A stretch of DNA of 64,000 bases from Bryobacterales bacterium (GCA_965226215.1 CBDDCH010000001.1:666251-730250); one strand, 5' to 3'; numbered from the stretch's first letter, positions 11,470-21,285 are shown. Translations and numbers: made by a program. Notes: generated by a model from the sequence alone, not told the origin.

Positions 11470-12513
11470 TCAGAGCTTGGGTCGGTAGCCGCTGCGCGTA
11501 CGGACGCGGTACTTCCGGAGCTGGTCCCCCCGCAGTTCGACTTTGATGCTTCGCCATCCCTGGTTGGGATTCGCCTGCGGATAGTAGGTCAACGTGTAGG
11601 AGCTGGACAGCTCCTCGCGAATGTTAACGAAGGCCTCGGACTGTTTCTGCCAGCTCTTGGCGAAAAAGGCGCGGCCACCCGTTCGGGCCGTCAGGCGCCT
11701 GAAAACATTGCTCGAAATAGGGTCTTTGTTGACTTCACGGGTGCTGATGACGTAGATCGGCACACCCTCGTCCTCGGCGACCGCGCGCACGTCGTCAGGG
11801 CCCACCGTGCTCGCCGTGTCAGGCCCATTGGAGAACACGATCACGACTTTGCGGCCTGCCACGGTGGAAGCGTCACGTAGAGTCAGCAGGAGCGAGTTGT
11901 AGAGTGCGGTCTCGTCGCCGGCTATGGACATGCGCAGCCCCTTGATCGCCTCCAGCCGCTCGTCGCTCAGCGGAGCGTGGCGCGTTAGATTGCGGCTGTA
12001 GCCATAGACGGCTACAGAATCAGCCGAGGCGAGACCGCGAATGAAGTCGGCGATGGCATCCTCGGCGAATACAAAACTGCGGTACATGAAGTTGCTCGTG
12101 TCGAATAAGATGAAAACGTTGGTTCCCGCGAAAGTGTCGTCCCCTCCGAGCTCCTCGAATACACCGCCAAGGCCTCCTTCAGGCTTGGAGGTTCCCTTCA
12201 CCGGTCGCTGCTCGGTTTGGGCGACTCGTCGCGGCGCAACGTTGCCCTCGGCAAAACTGGAGACTGTTTGCCCAATGCCGTCCTCGTAAACCTGAAAGTC
12301 GCTGGGCTTCAAATCGCGGATGTGACGCCCCCGCCGATCGGTGACTGCGACGTTCAGGACAACCAGGTCAACTTCAACACGGAAGAGTGGGCCCTCCATG
12401 TCTTTGCCCTGGGCCAAGCTGGGACGCTGAGTAAAACAGAGCAAACCCAACGTTCCAACTACGAAGGCAATTACCCCAACAGCGTGGCTTGATAATCTTG
12501 ACACGGGGTTCAT
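11470..12513 (-). CDS. secreted VWA domain protein, acidobacterial TIGR03436-like
   Basis: Signal/anchor sequence, VWA core, and a C-terminus (YTLTYYPQANPNQGWRSIKVEL...RSGYRP) paralogous to 6033-7196. Confidence 0.75.
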   Translation of the reverse strand: MNPVSRLSSHAVGVIAFVVGTLGLLCFTQRPSLAQGKDMEGPLFRVEVDLVVLNVAVTDRRGRHIRDLKPSDFQVYEDGIGQTVSSFAEGNVAPRRVAQTEQRPVKGTSKPEGGLGGVFEELGGDDTFAGTNVFILFDTSNFMYRSFVFAEDAIADFIRGLASADSVAVYGYSRNLTRHAPLSDERLEAIKGLRMSIAGDETALYNSLLLTLRDASTVAGRKVVIVFSNGPDTASTVGPDDVRAVAEDEGVPIYVISTREVNKDPISSNVFRRLTARTGGRAFFAKSWQKQSEAFVNIREELSSSYTLTYYPQANPNQGWRSIKVELRGDQLRKYRVRTRSGYRPKL

Positions 12514-12536
12514 CCTTTGGTTTTCCGTTCTCCGGG

Positions 12537-15500
12537 CTACTCAAGTGACGCCCGGGTCATCTGCTCAATCTGAGGTTTATATTGGGCCCGGTACTTGTCG
12601 GCGACCAACCTCATGGACCGCCAAAGAGCCGGCCAATCATCCAAATGGGTGGCAAAAATGCGCTCCAAAGTCTTCTGAGTCCATTCGGGAACCAGCAGGT
12701 TCAATTGCGCGGGCGGCAAGTGCAGCTCGTCAGCCAACGAAGCCCAGTACAGGTTCGTAGACTCCCAGCTCTCGGCCAGCACACGGCTCGAATAACCCAT
12801 CAGGGTCGGAAACAGCGGCAAACTCAGAAGCTCCGTTCGATAAGACCCGGCCAATTTGGGATGCGGCACGCCATAAAGGGAGGAAATCCGCTCTTCGGTC
12901 AGCCGGTCGGGAGCAGCGGCCTCGAGCTGCTCGATTTTCTCAATAATGGGTCCGCTCCATTTCCGCAAGGTTTCTCGATGCCGCCCGAGAATTTCTCTGG
13001 ATAAGTGGAAAAGTTCAGCCGCTGTTAACTCAGCTACACCTTCCTTCATTTCCCCGCCGGCAAGGTGATTACTGACCCGCCAAAGTCGTGCCGGCTCGAC
13101 CCGTTTCCGCAGTGCGCTGAAAACAGCCCCCCGGAGTTCTTCATTGAAAGCAGTGAGAGCGACCAGTTCCTCTCCCATACGGAGTTGAAGTGCCACGAAG
13201 TGCTGTTCCGAGTTGGTCACGCCCCACCAGCGGGCCACAGTGGCGCTAAGCAAGATTTGGGGCGCCAGGTCCTGCCAGATCAAGGCTTGGCGCTCGCTGG
13301 GTATCAAGAAGTTTTGCTCGGCGTCAGCAATGGCGTAAGGAAGTTCGACCAACGATCCCACAAGGCGCCCCCCGGCGCTGTTGGGCCAGCCGGCCCCGAG
13401 CAGTTTGGCAGGCTTCCAGGTGCCGTCGGTTTGAAGCCCGATAAAATCATGGCTTCGAACGAAAAGCGGGTTCGCCCGAATCAACTGTGCGCCCGGCGGA
13501 CTGTAGTAGATGTAGTTCAACCCCACGAGCGTGTCTCGCAGGATGGGAGCCAGTTCTCCCCTAACTTGAGACAGTTTCTGTGGATTCCCCTGCGCCTTGT
13601 CGACGACCCGGCGCAGATTCAGTAGACGTTGTTCGTGGATGTGCTTTTCGACCCAGCTACCACGAGCAAAGGCGTTCGACTCCACGGGTGAAAGGTTCGC
13701 TCGCGGCAAACGAACCTCGGAGATCGTACCCGCCAGACGATTGGCCATGGCCACATTGAAAGCCTCGCCCCGCGATACTCTCTCGAGGTGATCTGCCAGG
13801 TCAAAGAGCGTTTTTAGTGAAACCAGCCGCTGCAGAGCGAATAGCGAAGACATCCGTTCGACAATAGCCGCGTGGGCGGAGGCGTCGGCCGGCGACGGCT
13901 TGCCGGCCAAAAGCTCAATAAAACGCTGTTGGGGGGAGATATCGGCCGGCGAGTCGGTCCGCTCCAGCAGTAAGTTCGCGCCGGCCCGTCCGGCATCAAA
14001 GATCTCCAGCCGGCTCCGCGCCCTGGCAAACAACTGGATCAACGATTGCAAGGTTGGGTCCGCATCGGCCTCCGCGATCTGCCCCTGTCGGACAAGGATC
14101 TGCCACAGTCCGACGAGGGCCTGAACCGTGCCTCTGGCGTCCGCCCGCCGAAGCTGGTTACGCCCTTTTCCGATCTCAGGCAACAGATCTTGGTAAGCGA
14201 TGATGGTTTCCTCAGAAAGGGTCGGTACTTCGGCGAAGATCGGGTACTGTCCGCCATAGTTCTTGTAGTCCCGCATCAAACGGTCTACCGTGGCGGGTGA
14301 CAGCGGTTTCTTACGCCGCCGCTCGATGTTAGTTATGGCCATAAACATCTTCAATGGCGCGTTTTCCACAAGTCGTCGACAAAACACGAACATCGCTTCG
14401 ACGACATCGTCAGGCTGGGACCACGAGGCCACGGCCTTGTTGCGCTTGCCTTCGATCCGGGCGTCGCTATGCCAATCGAACAGTCTCCGCCAGGGTTCAA
14501 CCCCGCCCGGAATGTTCGCTTCTCCAGCGGCGCCGATATACAGCCGAGCGATCAGCAACTGGAGGTCGGAATTCGATCGGAAAATCGGCCGCGCAGGTCC
14601 TGGGCTAGTCGACTCTCCTCGCACAGCCAGATAAAATCGCTTCAGCCGTTTCGGTTGGGTCAAATATTCCCGCGTGCTGCCCTGGGCTCGCGAAAGTGCG
14701 TCGAAGTAGGAGGCCATCCAGCCGTCGTCGACCTCGATTAAGGCTTGAAAAAACTTTGCCCCGTCAGCTGGTGACACGCCAACTAACGCGGTCCAAGTGG
14801 ACTCGGTACGCTTCCCGCCGGGAACGACCGCTTTGCCCCCTTGAATTTCAAACGAGCCTCCGAAAAAGTCCAGGACGTGCGCAAAGTCTTTCAGCCGCTC
14901 GGCGGGAACTTCCCGGCGCAACGCCGCCGCCGTGGGCTCGTGGAGGCCGGCCATGGCGACATACAGCCGAGCCAAAGCGGGATCGCCTAGTAAGGTGTCC
15001 ACAAACGGCCGCGCCCCCTTCCTGCGCGTAGCTGACAGCCAGTAATCTTCCCCGAATATCACCGGCAGACGACTTGAAGGGTAGGGCTTATGAAAGGCTG
15101 CCTCCCTGCGATAGGCGTCTTCCAACTCGGCGAGCGGAAAGCCCGAGTCAATGGCAAGAAAGGCGCGAGAGGGGTTAACGGTTTCCAGCACAGTGTTTGC
15201 TCCGCAGGCGTCGCGAACACGGAAGCCGAGGATCCTCAACAGCCGAGCGGTTTCTTCTGACTCGCAGGAGGGGACATCGATCGTCTCGTTGGCTCCGGCG
15301 AACTGCTTCAACTCTCGCGCTTGTGAAAGATACTGAATAACCAGCTTGAGGTACTCGGTCTGTACCAGACTCTCGGAGGCGCGACTGGCTCGGTAACCGG
15401 ATGTGATGAGATTACGAGCTAAGGCAGGTAAAAGCTCGTGGGGTTGTTGATCGCTGGAAAGCGCAGCCATCCGACGGAAGGAATAGAGAAAGCCCGGGAT

Positions 15501-15947
15501 CTCTGTCCAGCCCGATTCGATGCCGTCCGTCGCCAGTCCAGGTCCAGTTGGGACTTCCCATCCCTCGAGGCCCGATCCGCCGATTTCCCGGTAAGCGGTG
15601 ACATGCTTGCGCGCCGAGTCAAGGTCGCCTTCGACTAGCGAGACTAAAACCAGCCGGCGGGTGATCCGGCGGCGAGTCTCAATCGATCCCGACGAACCTA
15701 GCGCTTCTAGAACCTTCGTGTATGCGCCGCTTCGACCGGAGTCCCGAAAGCGATCCAGAAATTCCGCATAGGCCAATAGGGCCTCAGCATTATCAGGGGA
15801 TTCTTCCGCCGTGCGGGCCAATACGGCGCGTGCCTCCAGCACCTGTTGCGCCTGCTCCAGTTGCTCGGCCCGGCGGATCGCATCCCGGACAGGTTCGGCC
15901 TGCAGCCAGCAGACACCGACCAACGCCAGAATCGTGGCTCGACTCAT
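12537..15947 (-). CDS. large secreted hypothetical protein (1136 aa) with N-terminal TPR-like helical region
   Basis: Long uninterrupted ORF with signal peptide MSRATILALVGVCWLQAEP. It lies 23 bp upstream of the VWA gene on the same strand. No catalytic motif recognised. Confidence 0.7.
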   Translation of the reverse strand: MSRATILALVGVCWLQAEPVRDAIRRAEQLEQAQQVLEARAVLARTAEESPDNAEALLAYAEFLDRFRDSGRSGAYTKVLEALGSSGSIETRRRITRRLVLVSLVEGDLDSARKHVTAYREIGGSGLEGWEVPTGPGLATDGIESGWTEIPGFLYSFRRMAALSSDQQPHELLPALARNLITSGYRASRASESLVQTEYLKLVIQYLSQARELKQFAGANETIDVPSCESEETARLLRILGFRVRDACGANTVLETVNPSRAFLAIDSGFPLAELEDAYRREAAFHKPYPSSRLPVIFGEDYWLSATRRKGARPFVDTLLGDPALARLYVAMAGLHEPTAAALRREVPAERLKDFAHVLDFFGGSFEIQGGKAVVPGGKRTESTWTALVGVSPADGAKFFQALIEVDDGWMASYFDALSRAQGSTREYLTQPKRLKRFYLAVRGESTSPGPARPIFRSNSDLQLLIARLYIGAAGEANIPGGVEPWRRLFDWHSDARIEGKRNKAVASWSQPDDVVEAMFVFCRRLVENAPLKMFMAITNIERRRKKPLSPATVDRLMRDYKNYGGQYPIFAEVPTLSEETIIAYQDLLPEIGKGRNQLRRADARGTVQALVGLWQILVRQGQIAEADADPTLQSLIQLFARARSRLEIFDAGRAGANLLLERTDSPADISPQQRFIELLAGKPSPADASAHAAIVERMSSLFALQRLVSLKTLFDLADHLERVSRGEAFNVAMANRLAGTISEVRLPRANLSPVESNAFARGSWVEKHIHEQRLLNLRRVVDKAQGNPQKLSQVRGELAPILRDTLVGLNYIYYSPPGAQLIRANPLFVRSHDFIGLQTDGTWKPAKLLGAGWPNSAGGRLVGSLVELPYAIADAEQNFLIPSERQALIWQDLAPQILLSATVARWWGVTNSEQHFVALQLRMGEELVALTAFNEELRGAVFSALRKRVEPARLWRVSNHLAGGEMKEGVAELTAAELFHLSREILGRHRETLRKWSGPIIEKIEQLEAAAPDRLTEERISSLYGVPHPKLAGSYRTELLSLPLFPTLMGYSSRVLAESWESTNLYWASLADELHLPPAQLNLLVPEWTQKTLERIFATHLDDWPALWRSMRLVADKYRAQYKPQIEQMTRASLE

Positions 15948-16116
15948 TTTCTCTAACCCCCGACAGTCGCTTGCCCCAATCGCGACCGACTTTTTGCGGT
16001 GAGGTTCGACCTACCTCACCGAGAACCACTCGTTGCGCACCGATTTTAGTCGTTCGTAAGGTGTTCTGACAAGGCCCCGTCATTACTTTTAACCGTCACG
16101 AGCCACAATTCACACT

Positions 16117-17384
16117 GGCTCTTCCGGGTTTTAAGTGGGCGAAGGAGCCAGATCGAGTTTCCCACAGTGGAAGTAGATGGCGTTGATGAAGTTCTGTTGA
16201 TTGCGGAAACCGCGCGCCGTGGCCTTGACCCATTGAATCCTTGAGTTCAACCCCTCGCTGACCGCGTTCGTAATGCGGTGTTTCAGATACGTGAGTATGT
16301 TTTCGAGGCGAGCCGTCAACATCCGCGCTACGGTGACCATCGGCGTCAGCCGGCTGCGACTCGCCCAGCCGCGCCATTGCTCGAAGAAAGCTCGCGCCGC
16401 CGATTCGCAACGATAGTCGAACAGCCGCATCGCCGTTTCCTTCAACGCCCACGCCCGCGCCGTCTTCAAGTCGCTTTCGCGCAGCGCGCGGAACTCGCGC
16501 CAGGCGTCCTCGGAAAAGTTCGCCGGATGCCGCAGCCAAGCGTACTTCGTGCCTGTCAAACGCTCGTCGCCGAGGGCCAGTAAACGCTTGTTCTCCGCCC
16601 GCCGCACCTGGTCCACCGCCTTCGCCAGATGCGCCGCGATGTGATATTTGTCGTAAACGATCTTTTTCTCCGATTCGTCGAGATGCTCCCGGGTCGAGGC
16701 GACGTAAGGATCCCACATGTCCATCGCGACGGCCTCGACTCGGGCGAGTTGCTCTGCGCTCAACGTCTTCCAAAAGCCGTCCAGGCTGGCCTGGCGGCGT
16801 CCCTCGGCGACGAACAACACGCGCGAGCGGTTGAGATCGTTGACGACGGTGAGATAGCGATGGCGCTTGCGGAAGCTCTTCTCGTCGACGCCCAGGTAGG
16901 GAATCGGCTCTGCCGCGCGACGTTCGAGCCCACGTTGCACGGCGCGTTCCAGGATGCCGTGAATCTCGTCCCAGCTCAGCGCCAGCAACTCGGCGATGCC
17001 TTGCTGGCTGGCTTCCTTCAGCCACGAGATCGCGAGAGCTTCAAACAGCGCGGTGAAGCGGCTGGAAGCCTCGGCCCAGGGCAGTCGCTGCGCGGCGGCC
17101 GGGCGTGCAGGATCGTGCGGTACTGACAGGTGTCGAGGTGACGCCAGCGGCGTTCGGGCTGATGATCGTGGAGTGCGCACACGGCGCTGCATTGGCGGCA
17201 CGGCCAGCGGACTTGCTCGTCGTGTTCGAGGAAGACGTGGACTTCGCCGTCGGCTCGGCGCAGCTCCACTCGCACGACTTTCCAGGGACTTTCGATGCCC
17301 AGAATCTGGCGGTATAGCTCGCGGTCTTGCATCCCGCGAGACTACCACCGAGCCTCACTAGCCCACTAGAAACCCGGAAGAACC
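16117..17384 (-). mobile_element. ISL3-family insertion sequence, non-autonomous (1268 bp)
   Basis: 24-bp terminal IRs GGCTCTTCCGGGTTTTAAGTGGGC (16117-16140) and 17361-17384, matching at 21/24. They are flanked by an 8-bp direct repeat TTCACACT at 16109-16116 and 17385-17392. Confidence 0.85.
16131..17332 (-). pseudogene. ISL3-family transposase, frame-disrupted by a small internal deletion
   Basis: The N-terminal zinc-ribbon part (MQDRELYRQILGIESPW...CRQC...LDTCQYRTILHARPPR) is in one frame. The remainder (RLPWAEASSRFTALFE... to the end) is in another. The junction is near 17095-17105, and the second Cys/His pair of the ribbon is missing. Confidence 0.8.
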
Positions 17385-17562
17385 TTCACACTTAATCGCG
17401 CCAGGCCCCCAGCCCCTCTTGCCGGGTTTTGTGGTCAGCGGCAAGGACATCGACCGTGGAGTCATCCGACGACGAGCAATACTGAAACGGGGAGACGCTG
17501 GAGAGCCGCCTTGGGGCGGGCATTGTGGTCCTGCCCTAAAATCCTTGGTGAGAGAAGCGAGG

Positions 17563-19392
17563 CTAGGATGGGGTTGTGTTGTGGGCAAGAAACTGCCGGA
17601 TGAGCTGAGCCTGTCTTCGATTGACGACCGCCGACAACTCTTCGAGGCTGGTGCCGCGCACTTGCTCAAGGCTTCCGAAGTTTCGCAATAGCCTTTGGAC
17701 TGTTCTTTCGCCGACTCCGGGAATGTTTAGTAGAGCAGATGTGAGTTGACGTGAATGCCGTCGGCTGCGGTGAAAACGCACGGCGAAACGATGTGCCTCA
17801 TCCCGAACCATTTGGACCAGGTGCAGGACTGGAGAAAAGCGCTCGAGTTGGATTGGCTCGTCCTCTTGGCCTTGCACGAAGATCGTTTCTTCGCGCTTGG
17901 CGATAGCCGCCAACGGCTGGTTGATGATGCCAAGTTGTTCCAGCGCCTGAGCGGCGGCATGGAGCTGTCCGATTCCCCCATCAACCAAGACTAACCCCGG
18001 CATGGGCTTGTCCTCTTGCTGTAGTCGGCGATAGCGGCGGCCCACGACCTCCTGCATCGAAGCGAAATCGTCGATTCCCATCACCCCTTTGAGAATGAAT
18101 TTGCGGTAGTCCGACTTTTTCATCTTGCCGCCTTCCCAGACGACCATCGATGCTACGGTGTCGTTGCCCTGGATGTGAGAAATATCGAAACACTCAATGC
18201 GAGCCGGCTTGTCAGGCAGGCTTAGGGCATCCATGAGCGCTGCCATCATGGCCTTCGGGGTTGGTTTCATCACGCGGAACCGCTGTTCGAAACAGTGCCG
18301 CGCATTGTTCTGTACAAGCTCGAGCATCGACTTCTTCGGACCACGCTGTGGCACCGCAATCTCGACCTTGCGTCCGCGCCTTTCCGCCAACAATTCTTGA
18401 AGCGCACTCTGGTCGTCAAACCCAACGGGAACGTGGACCAACGAGGGGACGTACTGCTGGCTGAGGTAGATCTGTTTTAGTAGGGCCGATAGGAACTCGG
18501 CAGGGCGCGACTCGTGCGCATCCTCCCAGTAGAACTCTCGGCGGTCTACGATTCGGCCGTTGCGCACGTGAAATAGGTTCACCGCCACAAGCGGCGCTTC
18601 CGCGTAAAGTCCGAAAATGTCAATGTCACGGCCCTCGACGGCGGCCACTCGCTGTCGCTCGCTGAGCTCGTCGACGGTCGAGATGAGGTCCCGCAAGGCA
18701 GCCGCCTGTTCGAATTCCGTTCTGTTGGAAGCTTCCACCATGCGGGATCGCAGCTCGCGGACTAGATCGCTCTGTCGGCCTTCGAGGAACATCCGAACGT
18801 CCTCTACGGCGCCGGTATAGATTTCGTCGGTCGTCAGGCTCTTTACACACGGCCCCCAGCAGCGGTGAATGTGATACTCCAGACACGGCCGCGGGTGGAA
18901 GCGGGTCAGGTCTACCCGGCAAGACGGGATTTTGAAATAGCGGTGAATGAAGTTCACCAGACGGTGTGCCAAATTGGCGGGGAAGTAAGGACCGAAATAA
19001 GTCGAGCCGTCCTTCTTGAGTCTTCGGGTCACGTACACCCGCGGAAAACGTTCCTTGGTCAGCTTGATGTATGGGTACGTCTTGTCGTCGCGTAACAGAA
19101 CATTGAATCGTGGCTGACGTTCTTTGATCAGGTTGTTTTCGAGGGCCAGCGCCTCCTTTTCATTGGCAACAGCGATGTAGTCGATGTCGTGGGCTTCGGC
19201 CAGCAGGCTGCCGGTCTTGGCGTCCGATAAGCGCTCGTCCACGAAGTAGCTTCGCACCCGATCGCGCAGGCTCTTCGCCTTACCGACGTAGATCACCCTC
19301 TCGGCAGCATCCTTATATAGATAAACTCCGGGAGAAGTCGGAAAACCGGCAGCCCGTTGTTTGAGCCGGTCCAGATGCGGGGCAACCGCCAT
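17563..19392 (-). CDS. uvrC: excinuclease ABC subunit C
   Basis: 609 aa. GIY-YIG N-domain (GVYLYKDAAERVIYVGKAKSLRDRV), UvrBC-interaction region and a C-terminal HhH. Confidence 0.95.
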   Translation of the reverse strand: MAVAPHLDRLKQRAAGFPTSPGVYLYKDAAERVIYVGKAKSLRDRVRSYFVDERLSDAKTGSLLAEAHDIDYIAVANEKEALALENNLIKERQPRFNVLLRDDKTYPYIKLTKERFPRVYVTRRLKKDGSTYFGPYFPANLAHRLVNFIHRYFKIPSCRVDLTRFHPRPCLEYHIHRCWGPCVKSLTTDEIYTGAVEDVRMFLEGRQSDLVRELRSRMVEASNRTEFEQAAALRDLISTVDELSERQRVAAVEGRDIDIFGLYAEAPLVAVNLFHVRNGRIVDRREFYWEDAHESRPAEFLSALLKQIYLSQQYVPSLVHVPVGFDDQSALQELLAERRGRKVEIAVPQRGPKKSMLELVQNNARHCFEQRFRVMKPTPKAMMAALMDALSLPDKPARIECFDISHIQGNDTVASMVVWEGGKMKKSDYRKFILKGVMGIDDFASMQEVVGRRYRRLQQEDKPMPGLVLVDGGIGQLHAAAQALEQLGIINQPLAAIAKREETIFVQGQEDEPIQLERFSPVLHLVQMVRDEAHRFAVRFHRSRRHSRQLTSALLNIPGVGERTVQRLLRNFGSLEQVRGTSLEELSAVVNRRQAQLIRQFLAHNTTPS

Positions 19393-19498
19393 GGGGAGAA
19401 ACTTGCTTCGATTCTAGCAGAGGGATTTTTCGAAACCTTGCCGAACCGACGGTCACATAGCAGATGGATTAGCGGCCCGTTGCAAAAGTCGTGCAGGA

Positions 19499-19594
19499 GC
19501 GAAAATGGGGACTGCCACCAATTCGCTCCCGTCATGATCCAAGAAGCAGAGCACTTAGCCTGAAGCGAATTGGCTGGCTGTACCCGATTTTCGC
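19499..19594. repeat. palindromic element, GGGGACTGYCACCAATT(T)CGC family
   Basis: Arms GCGAAAATGGGGACTGCCACCAATTCGC (19499-19526) and GCGAATTGGCTGGCTGTACCCGATTTTCGC (19565-19594) form an imperfect inverted repeat. The core is shared with 51598-51678. Confidence 0.55.
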
Positions 19595-19751
19595 GACCTT
19601 CACTTCTACCACGGGCTGCGAGCGGCACAACTCACCAGGTGAGCGCCGGCCCGCTTCCTCACCGGGCGGCGAGGCAAAGAGCGTAAGAGCCCGGTCAGTA
19701 CGAGGCTGGCGCGCTCGCCGTTTCTTGAGCAAAGCGGGCTAGAATGGGGAC

Positions 19752-20261
19752 ATGGCGTCTCCACCCACCCTCGTGTCTGTCGACGAATATTTGCGGACCA
19801 GCTTCAGCGACGGAGACCGGGAATATGTTGATGGCCGCCTCGTGGAGCGAAACCTGGGCGAGAAGGATCATAGCAAGACGCAGGGGGAATTGATCTACTT
19901 CTTCCGCGCGAACCGAGAGACTTTCGGAACATACGCCTTCCCTGAACAACGCGTGCAAGTAAAACCGACCCGCTTCCGGGTATCCGACGTGTGCGTCTAC
20001 ATCGGCAAGGAACCCGAAGAGCAGGTCTTTCGGACACCGCCATTTCTAGTCATAGAGATCCTTTCCAAAGACGACCGCCCCGGCGACCTTGAAGACAAAG
20101 TTAGCGACTACCTCGAGTTCAGCGTGCCTTACGTTTGGGTAATCGACCCCGCTGGCAAGCGCGGATACATTTGCACAAGAGAAGGCAAACAAGAAGCCGC
20201 GGAAGGCGTGCTCAAGACCGACAATCCTTCGATCAAGCTCGATCTGAGAGTCCTTTTCTAG
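19752..20261 (+). CDS. Uma2-family (DUF820) putative endonuclease
   Basis: 169 aa. Family-typical layout (EYVDGRLVERNLGEKDHSKTQGEL...RVSDVCVY...PPFLVIEILSKDD...YLEFSVPYVWVIDP). Confidence 0.7.
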   Translation: MASPPTLVSVDEYLRTSFSDGDREYVDGRLVERNLGEKDHSKTQGELIYFFRANRETFGTYAFPEQRVQVKPTRFRVSDVCVYIGKEPEEQVFRTPPFLVIEILSKDDRPGDLEDKVSDYLEFSVPYVWVIDPAGKRGYICTREGKQEAAEGVLKTDNPSIKLDLRVLF

Positions 20262-20298
20262 CGCGTCTCCGATCAAACGCCGCCCGACCTCATCAGCT

Positions 20299-20817
20299 CT
20301 ACAACTCGTGCAGCGCCAGCGCCCCTCGATAGAAGCAGTAGAGACCCGCCATCTGGATCACGTGGTAGAGATCATTGTGATTGAAGTGCTCAGCCAGCGA
20401 CCAGCCGCTTTGCTGCATCCCTAACCCGACCAGGGTTACGCCGATCCCTCTAACTAACCATCTTGCTCCGGACTTCCTTAGCCCCGGATCGGCCGTATGA
20501 GGACGCCGAACGGAGCGCACACCGGCCCATAGCATCACCAAGCTGCTCACTGCGATGGCCGTCACCGTGACGGTCCACACGAGGCGCAGGTTCGCCGAGC
20601 CCAGGTAAAGGGCAAATCCGTGTGCAGTCCCTCCGGCGAGAGCAGCGACGGCGGTCCCCGCGAACGCGGCCGCCCAAACTGGAATCGATCCAAGCCGCAT
20701 GGTCGGTGCCCGTCGCGCCAGCACTCTAGCCTGGACCAGACATTGCGCGGCGAGCAGATAGTCGGTCACCATCGTCATCGGCTCGGTGATGTGGGGGCTA
20801 GCCATAGTAGCGTTCAC
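20299..20817 (-). CDS. hypothetical integral membrane protein
   Basis: 172 aa with about five hydrophobic helices. No motif recognised. Confidence 0.5.
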   Translation of the reverse strand: MNATMASPHITEPMTMVTDYLLAAQCLVQARVLARRAPTMRLGSIPVWAAAFAGTAVAALAGGTAHGFALYLGSANLRLVWTVTVTAIAVSSLVMLWAGVRSVRRPHTADPGLRKSGARWLVRGIGVTLVGLGMQQSGWSLAEHFNHNDLYHVIQMAGLYCFYRGALALHEL

Positions 20818-20869
20818 CTAAGCTGTGATGAAACCAACAAATCTTTCCCCCCGTGGCACCGTTTGTCAT

Positions 20870-20970
20870 GTACGGGGAGCGACATGTCGCGCCCCGGACA
20901 AGCGGGATCGCTTGTCCCTACTTGAGTCGTCACAAGCTGGGGCAGTAGGGACCGGCGATCTCGCCGGTCC
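20870..20970. repeat. cluster of three REP-like GTAG/GTAC-flanked hairpins (BIME-like inverted arrangement)
   Basis: GTAC+GGGGAGCGACATGTCGCGCCCC (20870-20895). GGACAAGCG-ggat-CGCTTGTCC+CTAC (20896-20921). GTAG+GGACCGGCGATCTCGCCGGTCC (20945-20970). Confidence 0.45.
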
Positions 20971-21213
20971 AGGGGTCCAACATATCGCGCCCCGGGGACC
21001 GCCTGTCGCCACCTTCCGTCTCCCTACGACCTTTTGCGTCCATCTCGGAACCCCAGGGAGCAATTCGAGCATCCGTCGCCCATTTTGCCAAACATCAGTT
21101 GACCCTCGTTCGCTCTCGTTTCCGAACGATTGCCGAAAACACCATCGCTCGCGGGTTGGTCCTCGAACCCGTATGCCACGTGAACGCAGGCCGACATACA
21201 AAAATTCGGGTAC

Positions 21214-21243
21214 TTGACATGAGAGTGCTGGGATGACTATAGT
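21214..21243 (+). promoter_or_regulatory. sigma70-type promoter candidate
   Basis: TTGACA (21214-21219), an 18-nt spacer, then TATAGT (21238-21243), directly upstream of the porin-like gene in an otherwise GC-rich region. Confidence 0.5.
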
Positions 21244-21285
21244 TATTAGTTAACCATATAGAATAGTTTATTTAGTCATAGCTAA
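21238..21285 (+). promoter_or_regulatory. AT-rich operator-like tract with repeated TAG(T/C)(T/C)A hexamers
   Basis: TAGTTA at 21240 and 21247, TAGTTTA at 21264, TAGTCA at 21273 and TAGCTA at 21279. The tract overlaps the -10 element and the predicted 5' leader. Confidence 0.35.
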
